63,509 nucleotides of DNA, filler included, from Choristocarpus tenellus KU-1152 (GCA_964200185.2; 14 parts of 14 records of this genome joined end to end with filler, not necessarily neighbours in it), one strand, 5' to 3'; numbered from the whole stretch's first letter, positions 53,071-63,509 are shown. Numbers and translations: made by a program. The notes: a model not told the origin generated them from the sequence alone.

Positions 53071-55023
53071 GTTGTTGCCTCATCTTGTCATCTAGAGCGC
53101 TGGTATGTGTGTCAAAGTCCTTTTTCTTGTGGTAGGTTGCTCGCTGGCCACTTTTCTCTGTGCCCAAAAAGTCTTAATAAGGATAACAGTCAGTCAGGTG
53201 CTCCAGTTCTTCGTAAGCTGCAGAGGTCACTCCTGATGTTTTGTACAAACTGAATGGCAAAGGGGCCAGGCACAATTAATCCCCCCCCTCAGATTTTCTA
53301 CTCATTTCACTGCAAGCACAGAGAGTTGGAGAGAGATGAATCGGGATGCAAGCAGTCACTTGCGGACAAAATACATAAGAGCTCTACTACCACTGGTGCC
53401 TGGCATACATTGATTTTGCCTCTCGCTTCTACCTTGATCCTCTCCTGACTTAGCAGGTTGCTCAATAGGCTCACTTTTTTCAATGCATACTTAAACATGA
53501 TTGTACTCCTTTCCGGGCAAACCCAAGGTGTCTGGGTTCAGTTGGGCAAACCTGGCTGACACCAGTGGAAAACCGCATCAAACGTTCGTTGTTCAACAGT
53601 TCACAGGTTGATGTATGGGCAACCTTGGTTGCTCCTCCTGTCATATGTATGGCGAAGGCTGGAAGATTGGACATGATGCCGTGTTTTTAGAGTGGAGGTC
53701 AACATGATACAAAAATACTCCCAAGTTTATTAGTCAGGGTATCGACATCGATTGTTTTGGATGGAGGGCTAGAAAAGGACTATTGGGATGTTTCTGTGAT
53801 CTTTGTCGGGCAATACAACTGCACAGGGGTGTACCAGGTGGTGGGCCAGGAGTTTGAGTAGGTGCTGAAGCTGGGGCAATGGAATGAGAGGCAGGGACCG
53901 TGGGAGGACACTGGGTTGGAGCCCTCTTGCGTAAGGTGGCAACAGGAGGGGATGTGGGCAATGCTGGCAATTTCAGACTTCGTACAGGGCCATTCTGAAA
54001 CCTTGTGATGGCACAATCAGAATATTTTGCACAACTGTTTGGGATGTTAATTGATCTGAGCCAGAAAATACGGTTGAAAGGGGACAGCATACACCTGATT
54101 GATCAGTTGGATGCCAATAGTCAGATTCTACAAAACACGGTCAATGATGTTGGGAAAGCAAGGGTAGTACTGGTGATGATGAGAGGAGTGTGCGTGCATG
54201 GTGCATTGCTTCCTACTGCCTGGTGTAGAACCAATGGGGGCTGTGAGGATGGGGGGTGGGGGAGGTTTAGGATTTGGTGCTGGAAATGTAAATTGAGGGG
54301 GAGGCGAGCCTTGAAGGTATTGTGACCCTGGGCAATATGGCGCACATGAAGCACATAGGAAACCTCTCGACTCCCCCCTTCCCAGGCATTTATGTCGAGA
54401 AGTGAATTATTTGTCCTGACTTCTCTTTCAAAATCCAATATGAGAGATATTCTGTGGGCTGATGCTGAGGTACATCATGGGATGGTGAACTTTTTGGTCA
54501 ATCTGGTGGATGATGAGGTGAAGACCGCATAGATTTACTTGTTACAGGACTTAGGGAAGCAAGCCAAGAAACTTGTGCCAGAGGTCCACTTCCGAACATT
54601 AGGTGGAGGAGATGGGGGTAGGTTCTCCGATGCAGGTACGTGTGAGAGGTTTAGTATGGGTATGAAGGGGGCTGGCACTGTGTTCCGGGAAAGAATTTTT
54701 GTTGATTTCTAGTGTCAGACCTAGCACGAAAGTCATCCTGACAACTGAAAGAGGAGAGCACAAACATATTGAGTGGGATTGCAACACAAATCAAAACTTG
54801 ACCAAATGTAAATATGGGGTATTGGCCAGACAGTATAGTGACCTTCCCAATTCCAGTTGTGCAGATTCAGTTCATTGGTATACTAGAAAATACAGCAGAT
54901 TAGCAAGTCAATGATTCCCTACATATAGTGTTAAAGCACCCTACCACATTATATTGGTGAAAAACATGGGGGCGAATATTTACGACATTTATCACAAGAT
55001 CTTCATCAAAATTGTATTTTCAC

Positions 55024-55610
55024 CTCTTCAAGACCTCGATTGACTATAACCTCGCCTCTTGTAATCACTATGCCACCAGTCGGCTCTGTTCCGGTGACAT
55101 TGTTACCACCTTGCGTATTGAAGATGGCCCAAGTCCTGTAACAACCAGAAGATTGCGATTGTTTCAAGAAAAGTAATTTATTGTTATGAAATATTTGGCG
55201 CCATATTCATCACTCCTGATCATTCTTCCCTGCAACAGGGTACATCCAATATCCAATATTCAAACAGACACATGCAACTGTGATGCTCCTTGGGGTAGGT
55301 AGAAACAATCGTACTCATTCATAACATAACTCTTCACTTCCTACAACAACTTGCCAGCTGATTCTGGCCAAACCACCGACAAAATCCCAACTTGAATTTG
55401 CGCAAATGCCTGAATTTTGGCAGGCAATGAACCAACATTATTTCCAAGGTAGTTGTTAAGCTCATTCACTTCCAACTATTGAGGTCTCACCTCTACCATA
55501 TTGTGTACCCATTCAACAAACCTCTCTGTCAAGCTCAAAGCTTGTACAGAAGAGCGAAGATTGCAAAAAGTGTCCCGCATCTGCGTTCCAGTGTCTGGAC
55601 ACTGGAAACA
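55024..55610 (-). CDS. Putative exons of an unidentified gene (weakly START-domain-like)
   Basis: AG/GT-bounded open exon 55135-55024 (TWAIFNTQGG..IVITRGEVIVNRGLEE) and an upstream open segment ending at a GTGAGA donor near 55491. The phase link is unresolved. Confidence 0.35.
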
Positions 55611-56175
55611 GCAATGATTGTGTTCATTTCAATCAATCCGTTGCTGTGGCTCTCATCTCCCTCTGCCAGTGAAAAAAACATAAGAGAGTAGTGCGCAAGG
55701 TTCTTGAATAGGGTTGTGGTAAATTGTATCGATTCATTAAATCCAACTTACTATACTTTTTCTAGTGTGTGCGCACATGCCTCAATCTAATTGAGTATAT
55801 ATATATCCAAATGTTTTCAAGACATCTCATAAATCATTTCAATTCATAACTCCGTCGGATTTTTTAGTATGACTAATTTCTGCCTCATTCCTATATATTC
55901 AGACCTTTGGCATTTTTCATATTCACATTTTCTCCACATGAGCAAGTGGTAAATGAGGCTCAAAGTATTGGGGGGGGAGGGGGGGGTCTACACCAGGTTA
56001 GATCGGAAGACNNNNNNNNNNNNNNNNNNNNNNNNNNNNNNNNNNNNNNNNNNNNTTAATTAATTAANNNNNNNNNNNNNNNNNNNNNNNNNNNNNNNNN
56101 NNNNNNNNNNNCGTCTTTTTTTTTTATTCCCCACATATCTTTTTTTTTTTCGTTGATACTACTGACACCACCCAC

Positions 56176-58754
56176 CACTCCACATCCACCTCCAGCTCCC
56201 CATTGCTTCGAAGGACCTCCTCAGGGTGTCGAGCACGTTCTGCTGGCGAGGAAGCACCTGGGACCTTGCACATGACGTATGGGATATGATGACCAACGTT
56301 GACAGACTTACCCACCTTCTGCATCATTAGCGCCACCTGGGGGAGAGAATTGCAACAGGATGTGGGGGCAATGCATGCATGTGAAAAAAAATCAGTAGGG
56401 GTATAGAAACTAACCGGGGGGGGGGGGGGGATCCGAGATTCATTCCAACTCTTGGAACAATTTCAGTTACAAAAAAGAGAAGAAACATTGCCATACTTGA
56501 ACGCACGTATCACACACACAATAAATAGTACGCCTTCAGTCTCTCTTGAAGCCCTTCCTCCTTCACCTGTACATGCGGCTGGCTCTTGGCATCAGGGTAC
56601 TCGTGTGGAGCCTTATTGAGTCCCTTCGTGATGACATACTTGTCAACAGGCACCTTTTACGTACAATGGGATCGTATGTCATTAAAATACAATAAAAGGA
56701 AAATACAAACAAAAGAGGAAGGAGGGGGAGGGGAATACGTTATTATTTATTATTTCTTGGGTGTAGTGCGATTAACACTAATAATAAAAAAAGATTACAA
56801 TGAGAACACTAATGACTACATATAAAGAAAAAAACAAAAAAATACTGTTCTTAATCTTAGCAAATGCAATTATTCTTCCACTGATACTATTGGATATGAA
56901 TACCACTGTTTCATGCCGCGTTCCTTCTCATGAATACCATTGTTTCACACTGGATAACACCAAAATGGAGTTTAAGCAGTATCTGTACTGAGGAAATGGG
57001 TATTGGAACAATATGAAAGAGTTTGCATAACCAAGCATTACCACTGCTGACAAACAAATGTACAGAAAAGGTACCCACATCTTCTGCAGAGGTGTGCATC
57101 TTCTACAAACAATCAGGGGTTCTGTTCTTTCAACTTGGGCGAATGAACATGCCTTGGCTGACCCCTGAGAAAATTCCACGCAATTTCCATTTTGATCTTA
57201 ATTTAACTACTTTTAGTAGCATCGGAATCAATGCCACACTTCAAGTAGATTTTTGAGAATAAAAAACATAATAATAACTGAACAAGGCGAGCAAAACACT
57301 GTTTGAACAAAAAATATATATCAATAATAATAATAATAATAATAATAATCGTTTTACCTATGTTACACTACTATGATATCAAATAATTCAGTTTTCAAGG
57401 ACTCCAACAGAGATAGGAGGTGGGTGAAATTTCATACAGAGCAGGTCAGACACCTTGTTTCTTGTCTCTAGTAACTGTTCACAAAAAAAAAGTTAATTCC
57501 GGGCCTCCAATAAGGGGCACTTCAGAAGTTGGTTGGATAACTAGGGACGGTTAGGATAGCATTTAAAAAAAATAAAACTTTTGATTTTGTTTTCAGGTTA
57601 CTTTTTTTGAAGCCATGTGCCTGTATTATTTACTTGGAGTCTTGTCCAATCACAACAGCTCTAGACTTTTCACATTCTTAGTCTTGTCCAATCACAACAG
57701 CTCTGGACTTTTCACATTTTTAGATTTTTGCCATGAAGAAGAGTCTTCCAAATTACTACTGAAAATATCATTTTTACAACTCTGAACCACCTACCTCTCT
57801 TCTTTCAACAACAGACCTTCTCTGGGGGGAGGGGGGATGATGATCTCTTTTACTTTTATCATGTCTTTCTCAATTTTTTTTCCTTTTTTGGTATAGAAAA
57901 AATAACATCCATTCGTAAAAAAATCAACAAATTCCCCCCCCCCCCCGTTAGAACAGACCCTCCTCTCTCTCTCTCACACACACACAAGAATATCTCAATC
58001 AAAAGTTTTGTTGAGAGCATATGGCGGTATCAATCCCATCAATACCTCGCTTAGCACAAAATGTTAGAAGTGTGTAGTCAGCAACAGTACATTCAACCAG
58101 TAACAAACATCAAACATACCACCAAATGAATCATCAAATGAATCATCAAGGACACAGGGTCCAGTCCAGTGAATGCATCCAGTGACTGATGCATTTTTAT
58201 GTACTGGATCTGAAGTACTGTTTCAGCAAAGGAACCAAAAACCACAACAGGAGACATTCATGTTTTTTTTTTAAACTAAAAATAGAAATAATCCCAGAGA
58301 TGCACACAACCTGCACACACACAAACAAGTTTGTATCTATACGAAACCCATTCAAAAACCACAACTTTACAGCAGTTGAGATATAAAATTAACAGGCACA
58401 GCAGTAACTAGTGATACACACCCCGTAATAAAAATATGTATATATATATACAGTACAAAATCTGTAAAAGAATAATAAACAAGAATAATAAACAAGAATA
58501 ATAAACAACGAGAGAGGTAGTAGTAAGACTCCCAATTTTTCTGAGAAAGTTCCCAACAAAAAACGCTTGGCTCTACTACGCCTCTAGGTGTCTCTGACCT
58601 CCCCGGCCCGCATGCTTGCTGCCAACGCCTCTAGGTGATCATGTATACCCTCCACCACGGTCTCCCTTGCCTCCCCAGATAGTATTTGATCCAAGATGAA
58701 CTTTCCGGTGCCTTTGCTGAGGACACACCACTCCCGCCGAACTAGATCAAGACC
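56176..58754 (-). CDS. POLA1: DNA polymerase alpha catalytic subunit, three internal exons
   Basis: Exons 58754-58599 (GLDLVRREWCVLSK..ILDQILSG), 56653-56567 (KYVITKGLNKAPHEYPDAKSQPHVQ) and 56336-56176 (VAL..GHHIPYVMC..AERARHPEE). Confidence 0.93.
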
Positions 58755-58857
58755 CTTAGTTATTAGGGTTAGGACACACGTAAGCCAATAAAAACATTAC
58801 ATAGTAAAAACAGTCACGCACCCTCTAAACCAAAGGGGGAAGTAAAGGAGGTAGATT

Positions 58858-58894
58858 TTATTTATTATTATTATTATTATTATTAGCGTTATTA

Positions 58895-58925
<31 letters not shown>

Positions 58926-58929
58926 TATC
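58858..58929. repeat. (TTA)n microsatellite
   Basis: Directly visible. Confidence 0.9.
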
Positions 58930-59363
58930 AAAAAGTTGTTAGCGGTAATAATAGTAGAAAATGGTAGCATTGAGTGGTGAGGTTGGAAATGTAGGTAATG
59001 GACGAATCTATGTTGTTTTTCGTTGTATTTTTGTTTGTTTGTTTTTTATTATTTTCTCAACGTGATGAGCGCATTAGGGCGATTTCATTGGTCGGAAGGT
59101 TTCCTTGTTGAAGCAGTAAATATTGACCCTAAATCTAAGCACAAAGGCAAACCATATTACGTTGATATTTCATACATAAAAATGATAAGGTGCGAATCCC
59201 CCCCGGGGGGGGGGGGAGGATAAAGAGAGGAGGATCAATGGCAGGGGTAGGGATGCAAGCAGGNNNNNNNNNNNNNNNNNNNNNNNNNNNNNNNNNNNNN
59301 NNNNNNNTTAATTAATTAANNNNNNNNNNNNNNNNNNNNNNNNNNNNNNNNNNNNNNNNNNNN

Positions 59364-59403
59364 CCAAATGGACGCGGCTCTACCCTCTAAGATACTTTGG
59401 CTC
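59364..59403 (+). mobile_element. MITE family B, right end (contig break)
   Basis: GGACGCGGCTCTACCCTCTAAGATACTTTGGCTC. Confidence 0.85.
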
Positions 59404-59962
59404 AAGCACATACTTTATTGGTCTTGTACGTTTCCAATGTTCCGAAACTAAAAGGTCACTTTAAACTGGTACCCTACAATTTTTTTAAATTCTATATTCG
59501 CTTTTTGTCGACATTTGTATTTTTAGAAATACAAAAGTCGACAAAAAGCGGTTTTTGAGTTTCGGGCGATCCGTCGGACCACCCGAAACCCTTGAGCCAC
59601 AAAACACGTGCGTTAGGATTTTATGAAATAAAAAAATATTCTATTCTTCATATCAACAAATACAAATACAAATCACATACTTCGTTGATCTAATACGTTT
59701 GAAACGTTCCGAAAAGAAAAGGTCACAAAAAACTGATACTCTCTATCTGTTTTAATATGAAATCGTATACTGTTCGATATTCGTATTTTTAAAACACAAT
59801 TATCAACAGAAAGAGAAATCTGGGTTCTTTGGGCACCGACCGACCAGATGAAAAAAAGCAACACCTCCCAGCCCTCACTCCTCATTTCCATTCCTTCCCT
59901 TCCGCACATACCACCAGCAGTTCTTTCTTATCTATCCCCGTCACAGCTCCTCAATCTTCGCC

Positions 59963-60328
59963 ATGTCCAACATTCGCTCAACAACGACCCTCCTGCGCGC
60001 CGATGGTGCTGCCCACGGATTGAGAGCGTCGGACAGCAATGCCAAGGGCATGTCCTCGCTCCTCGAACATCACTACCTCAGCATCTACAAGATGAAACTC
60101 AGCAACATCACATGCACGGAAATGGCGTGTCCCCTGAGCGAGCGTGGCCTTGCGCGCGTCAGCAAGTCTATCCGTGAAAAAGGCTGGCTCGAGCAGTTTG
60201 CTCCGTCCACTGTCATCCAACGAGACTGCTTAGGCAACGTGGACCAGCTCACAGCCGCCACTGCGCTTGGCGTTCAAGGACGAACACTGGACGGAAACCA
60301 TAGAATAACGGTGTTGAAGAGAGAGTGA
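59963..60328 (+). pseudogene. ParB/sulfiredoxin-fold N-terminal domain ORF truncated by a MITE
   Basis: GCCATG start in a good context; GC-rich, intronless 121-aa frame with LARVSKSIREKGWL..P..V and TLDGNHRITVLK. The stop TGA comes from the MITE TIR. Confidence 0.7.
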
Positions 60329-60580
60329 AAGTATCTTAGAGGGTACGAGTTTTGCTCAGTTTGTCCAATTGGGACTTGACTTCCCACAGTATTTTTATGA
60401 CATTTTCCTTCTCCAAAACATTTCGGAGTAGGTAAAATGTGTATGTTATTAAAAGGTGCGTCCGGAACAAGGGTATTGACACTTCCTAACAAACACGATA
60501 GCCAAAACCACATCAAAATCGCAACATTGGGTTTTGGCCCCCAAACGGACGTGGCTCTACCCTCTAAGATACTTTGACTC
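60323..60580 (+). mobile_element. MITE family B, complete
   Basis: TIRs GAGTGAAAGTATCTTAGAGGGTA / TACCCTCTAAGATACTTTGACTC; no matching TSD. Confidence 0.93.
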
Positions 60581-60667
60581 AACACCATGATTCCTCATCA
60601 GAGTAGTAGACGCATTTTGTTTACATGTAAGATGCATTCATTCAAGTTTCAAAAGGGAGTAATAACA

Positions 60668-60787
60668 AAAAGAGCTGACCCTAATCAGAAATTCGTCAAG
60701 TATTCCAAATCTTCTTTCAGAAATAAATTTCATCAACATCTTCAAAACCTACGGACAACACAGAACAGACCTATGGCACGGAGGTAG
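60668..60787 (+). mobile_element. 3' end of the mariner family (as 32590-32706)
   Basis: CAGAAATTCGTCAAG..ATTCCAAAT..ACAGACCTATGGCACGGAGGTAG|TA. Confidence 0.85.
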
Positions 60788-60869
60788 TATATATTTATCT
60801 ACTACTTATCTAAATACACTAGGCACTATCCAGTGCACACGCTCTGAACCACGGCAAGGTTCATCATTC

Positions 60870-60973
60870 AACAGCCGATTTCAAAAATTGAGGATGGAGC
60901 TTTACATTGAGGATGGGCTTGACCCAAAATTGACTGGGATAAAGTGTCGATATGTTTTTTGAAATCGGCTGTT
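60870..60973. mobile_element. 104-bp micro-MITE
   Basis: Perfect 18-bp TIR AACAGCCGATTTCAAAAA / TTTTTGAAATCGGCTGTT with ATTC on both flanks. Confidence 0.7.
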
Positions 60974-61894
60974 ATTCCTCAAGAGTAGCGGAAGTCAAAT
61001 CAACATTCCCATAACGTAATTCGATAATATTATCAATCCCATTCATGAGGAATCTTGGATGCAAACCAGTCGTCCACAATGAGATGTAAGAGCGACCTCA
61101 AATTATACTCCTAGTAGGACTAGTTGTACCTTATACCCCTGTCCAATTTGTTTTATTGCTTCTTGTCGATTCCAAGCAAACCTAAAAACGGGTAGGGTCG
61201 TCAATGCAAGCAAGTATAAAGACTACAATTCTACTACTTTGGAATACACGAATAGGAAACAAACCAGATCTCCCACATAGTTACTCTTATTATCCTCAGG
61301 TATTATTGTGGGGTCAGATCATAACAAATAGGTGGGTTGATCCTCCCATGATATGAAAGCAATATGTATGGATTGAGGGGGGGTGTAGATGTTGAATTTT
61401 CAAGGTTGGTAACGTGATGCAGAAACCATTAGAACAAGTGTGTGCTTATTGGCATGTCGATTGAGAACAATAAGCCTATTTCCAATACCCTTGCATCCAT
61501 CAAACATTTATGATAAGTTTAAACATAGGTACTATACCTATATCATAGTAGTTACAATATAACTTAGAGACACCAAGAAGGTGGGCACAAAGGGGCCTGT
61601 CACATTCTTGAGGTACTCCCTTAGCTCTTCACCTATCCTGATAGGGTTAGGTTCGAAGCATAGGAGTGTTTCAAAAGAAAATAATTTCCAAGGGGACATC
61701 ATTGTGTTGATAGTTTTCAGATGAAGCATTACATGCTTATGTACGTGTCGTAGTAATGACGACAATCATTGTATTTGAAGTAGTCCTTGTCATGTAGTTT
61801 TTGGTTGTGCTTTCTTCCCCCCTTGACATGTGTGGAAAAAGTCAGAGTGCATAATAATGTGTAATAGTTACATCATTTGAATATAATATATATT

Positions 61895-62600
61895 TCTATG
61901 CCCTCTGACATTTTGCCCATGTGTCAGGAAAAAATCAAAGTTGTATCACAAGGACTGCTGTAAAAATAACAGTTGATATAAGTACAGAAGATACATCTAT
62001 AGGAAAAATTACTATTTGAAACTAGCAATACAAGAATACTCTCTGAAAGGTTGGTAACTACAATGTGATGTGTATACTGCTATGCCTCTAACCTAACTTA
62101 GCCCTATGAAGGTGGGCGAAGAGGTAGGGAAGGATCCTTTGGCCTCTTTTTGAACATGTGCCTGGTTGTCTCTGACTTGAAATGCATGGCGCGTCCAAAG
62201 AGAGCCTCTTGCCCAGTAAGTAAAAAATATCTGCCTCAAACGGGATTTGACAGTCCCATCCTTACAGAAATCCTCCCGCCCCTCCCCCCCTACTGCATGG
62301 GTGGCCAACTCATCCAATAAATTTACTGCTTTCTTTCCAAGGTACCCAAAACTTTCCATCACAAAGGCGTTGAGATTAAAACTACACGAACAAAGAGATC
62401 CCTCGTAGTGGGTGCACTTTTGTACCTCGACTGAAGCAGAAGCTATGTCATTGCTGGTGGACGAGTGGGGCAGATGACAGACTGCTTAGACCTCCACAAA
62501 GCAAGACCCAGAAGGAGGCCTTTGTCCCAGTAGAGAGTTGAACCAGCGTCCGAGAGTGCCCCACCATGGAACACCACATCCATACGGAAGTTCCAGTCTG
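61895..62600 (-). mobile_element. 5'-truncated RLE non-LTR retrotransposon
   Basis: NFRMDVVFHG, VEVQKCTHYEG and ESFGYLGKKAVNLLDELATHAVGG, plus the 3' UTR and terminal hairpin. Confidence 0.85.
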
Positions 62601-62679
62601 TCCACTTTAACGTAACAGATTTCGATTCGTTAGATGTATGATGGTATTACAAGGACTCTTTTGATCCTCATAGTTTTAA

Positions 62680-63090
62680 GCCCAACACCTTCAAGGTGAA
62701 ATGTTTTGGCGCCTCAATAAGGAACCAGAAAGTTTCCCAAATGAGATAGCCACACATCCAGTAAGGGGGAAAGGGGTGGAAGGTTATTGTAGGAAAGGGG
62801 CTGCCAAATCCTGCTTACAACAAATAGTGTCCATCACTGCACAAGTGCCTCCCCAAAGAGTGTCATGTGTTTCAAGCTCAAGACACCGAGCAGATTCTGG
62901 GGGTGCTTCCCTAGCAGCTCCTCGCCTTCATTTAGCTAAGCTAGGTTGGAGGCATATCAGGAATGTACATATTAGATTGTAGTTACCAGCCGTGAAGGGA
63001 GCGTTGTTGCATAGCTAGTATTCAAATACTAAAACACTTTTGGAGAGGTATCTTTTTCATTAACGACAACTGCTATTCATAGGCGTCGTT
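62680..63090 (+). mobile_element. 5'-truncated RLE retrotransposon, opposite orientation
   Basis: EIATHPV..YCRKGAAKSCLQQIVS and a 3' UTR CTAAGCTAGGTTGGAGGCATA complementary to 62080-62100. Confidence 0.8.
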
Positions 63091-63164
63091 GTGATATATT
63101 ATTGGTTTTGTTTTGCTCACGAATTCTGGATTATGATCATTTCATTCTCTGTTTGCAATTCACC

Positions 63165-63509
63165 CATCCCCCTTTCCCTCCCCATTGTTAACCCCACTTA
63201 TGACCTCTTTGCCACTGATTTCCCGTCCTCCCCCTCCTTTGCGATGGCCAACCAATGCAAACCCCTTTCACCACTGATCTCCAACCAATGCCCACCTCTG
63301 ATTACCAACCAGTACGAACCCCCTTTGTTACTGATTTCCAGTCACCCCCCCCATCTAATGACCAACCAGTGCGAACCCCCTTCGCCACTGATTTCCAGGC
63401 ACCCCCCACATATGATGACCAACCAGTGTGACCCCCCCTCGCCACCGATTTCCCCTCACCCCCCACACCTGATGACCAACCCATTTGCTCCCTTCACCAC
63501 CCATTTCCA
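63165..63509. repeat. 57-bp degenerate tandem repeat (about 6 units, runs off the window)
   Basis: Recurring GACCAACCAGTGCGAACCCCCTTCGCCACTGATTTCC with period 57. Confidence 0.88.

Noticed and set aside
44751-59263. Endogenous giant virus (EsV-1-7 plus family-B DNA polymerase)
   Set aside because: The polymerase is intron-rich nuclear Pol alpha on a different contig; no capsid, packaging ATPase or gene-dense viral region is present.

Overview
This is eukaryotic DNA, not a contiguous locus. It consists of 14 short contigs (about 3-8.5 kb) joined by 13 identical artificial 100-bp spacers (N44-TTAATTAATTAA-N44), so adjacency across spacers carries no biological meaning. Short GT-AG exons in long introns, TTAGGG-type repeats, an EsV-1-7 repeat protein and a PMP-like repeat protein point to a brown alga or close stramenopile relative (inference). 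Spliced gene fragments reconstructed by hand: an Nma111/Deg7-like protease (3' end), a nearly complete alpha-carbonic anhydrase, a PMP-like beta-helix protein, midasin (5' end), a DHHC palmitoyltransferase (3' end), a WD40 protein and DNA polymerase alpha. There is also a partial tRNA-Ser(AGA). Non-coding DNA is full of mobile elements: two related MITE families with CAAAGTATCT termini and, in several copies, 4-bp TSDs (about 19 copies or fragments), Stowaway/DD39D-like mariners, RLE-type non-LTR retrotransposons with a conserved 3' hairpin, LTR remnants and a foldback element carrying telomere-like repeats. The most intriguing items are a GC-rich, intronless ParB/sulfiredoxin-fold ORF (LDGNHR) behind a duplicated, covarying hairpin region and cut by a MITE; an EsV-1-7 array with higher-order periodicity; and a pervasive CpG-decay signature.
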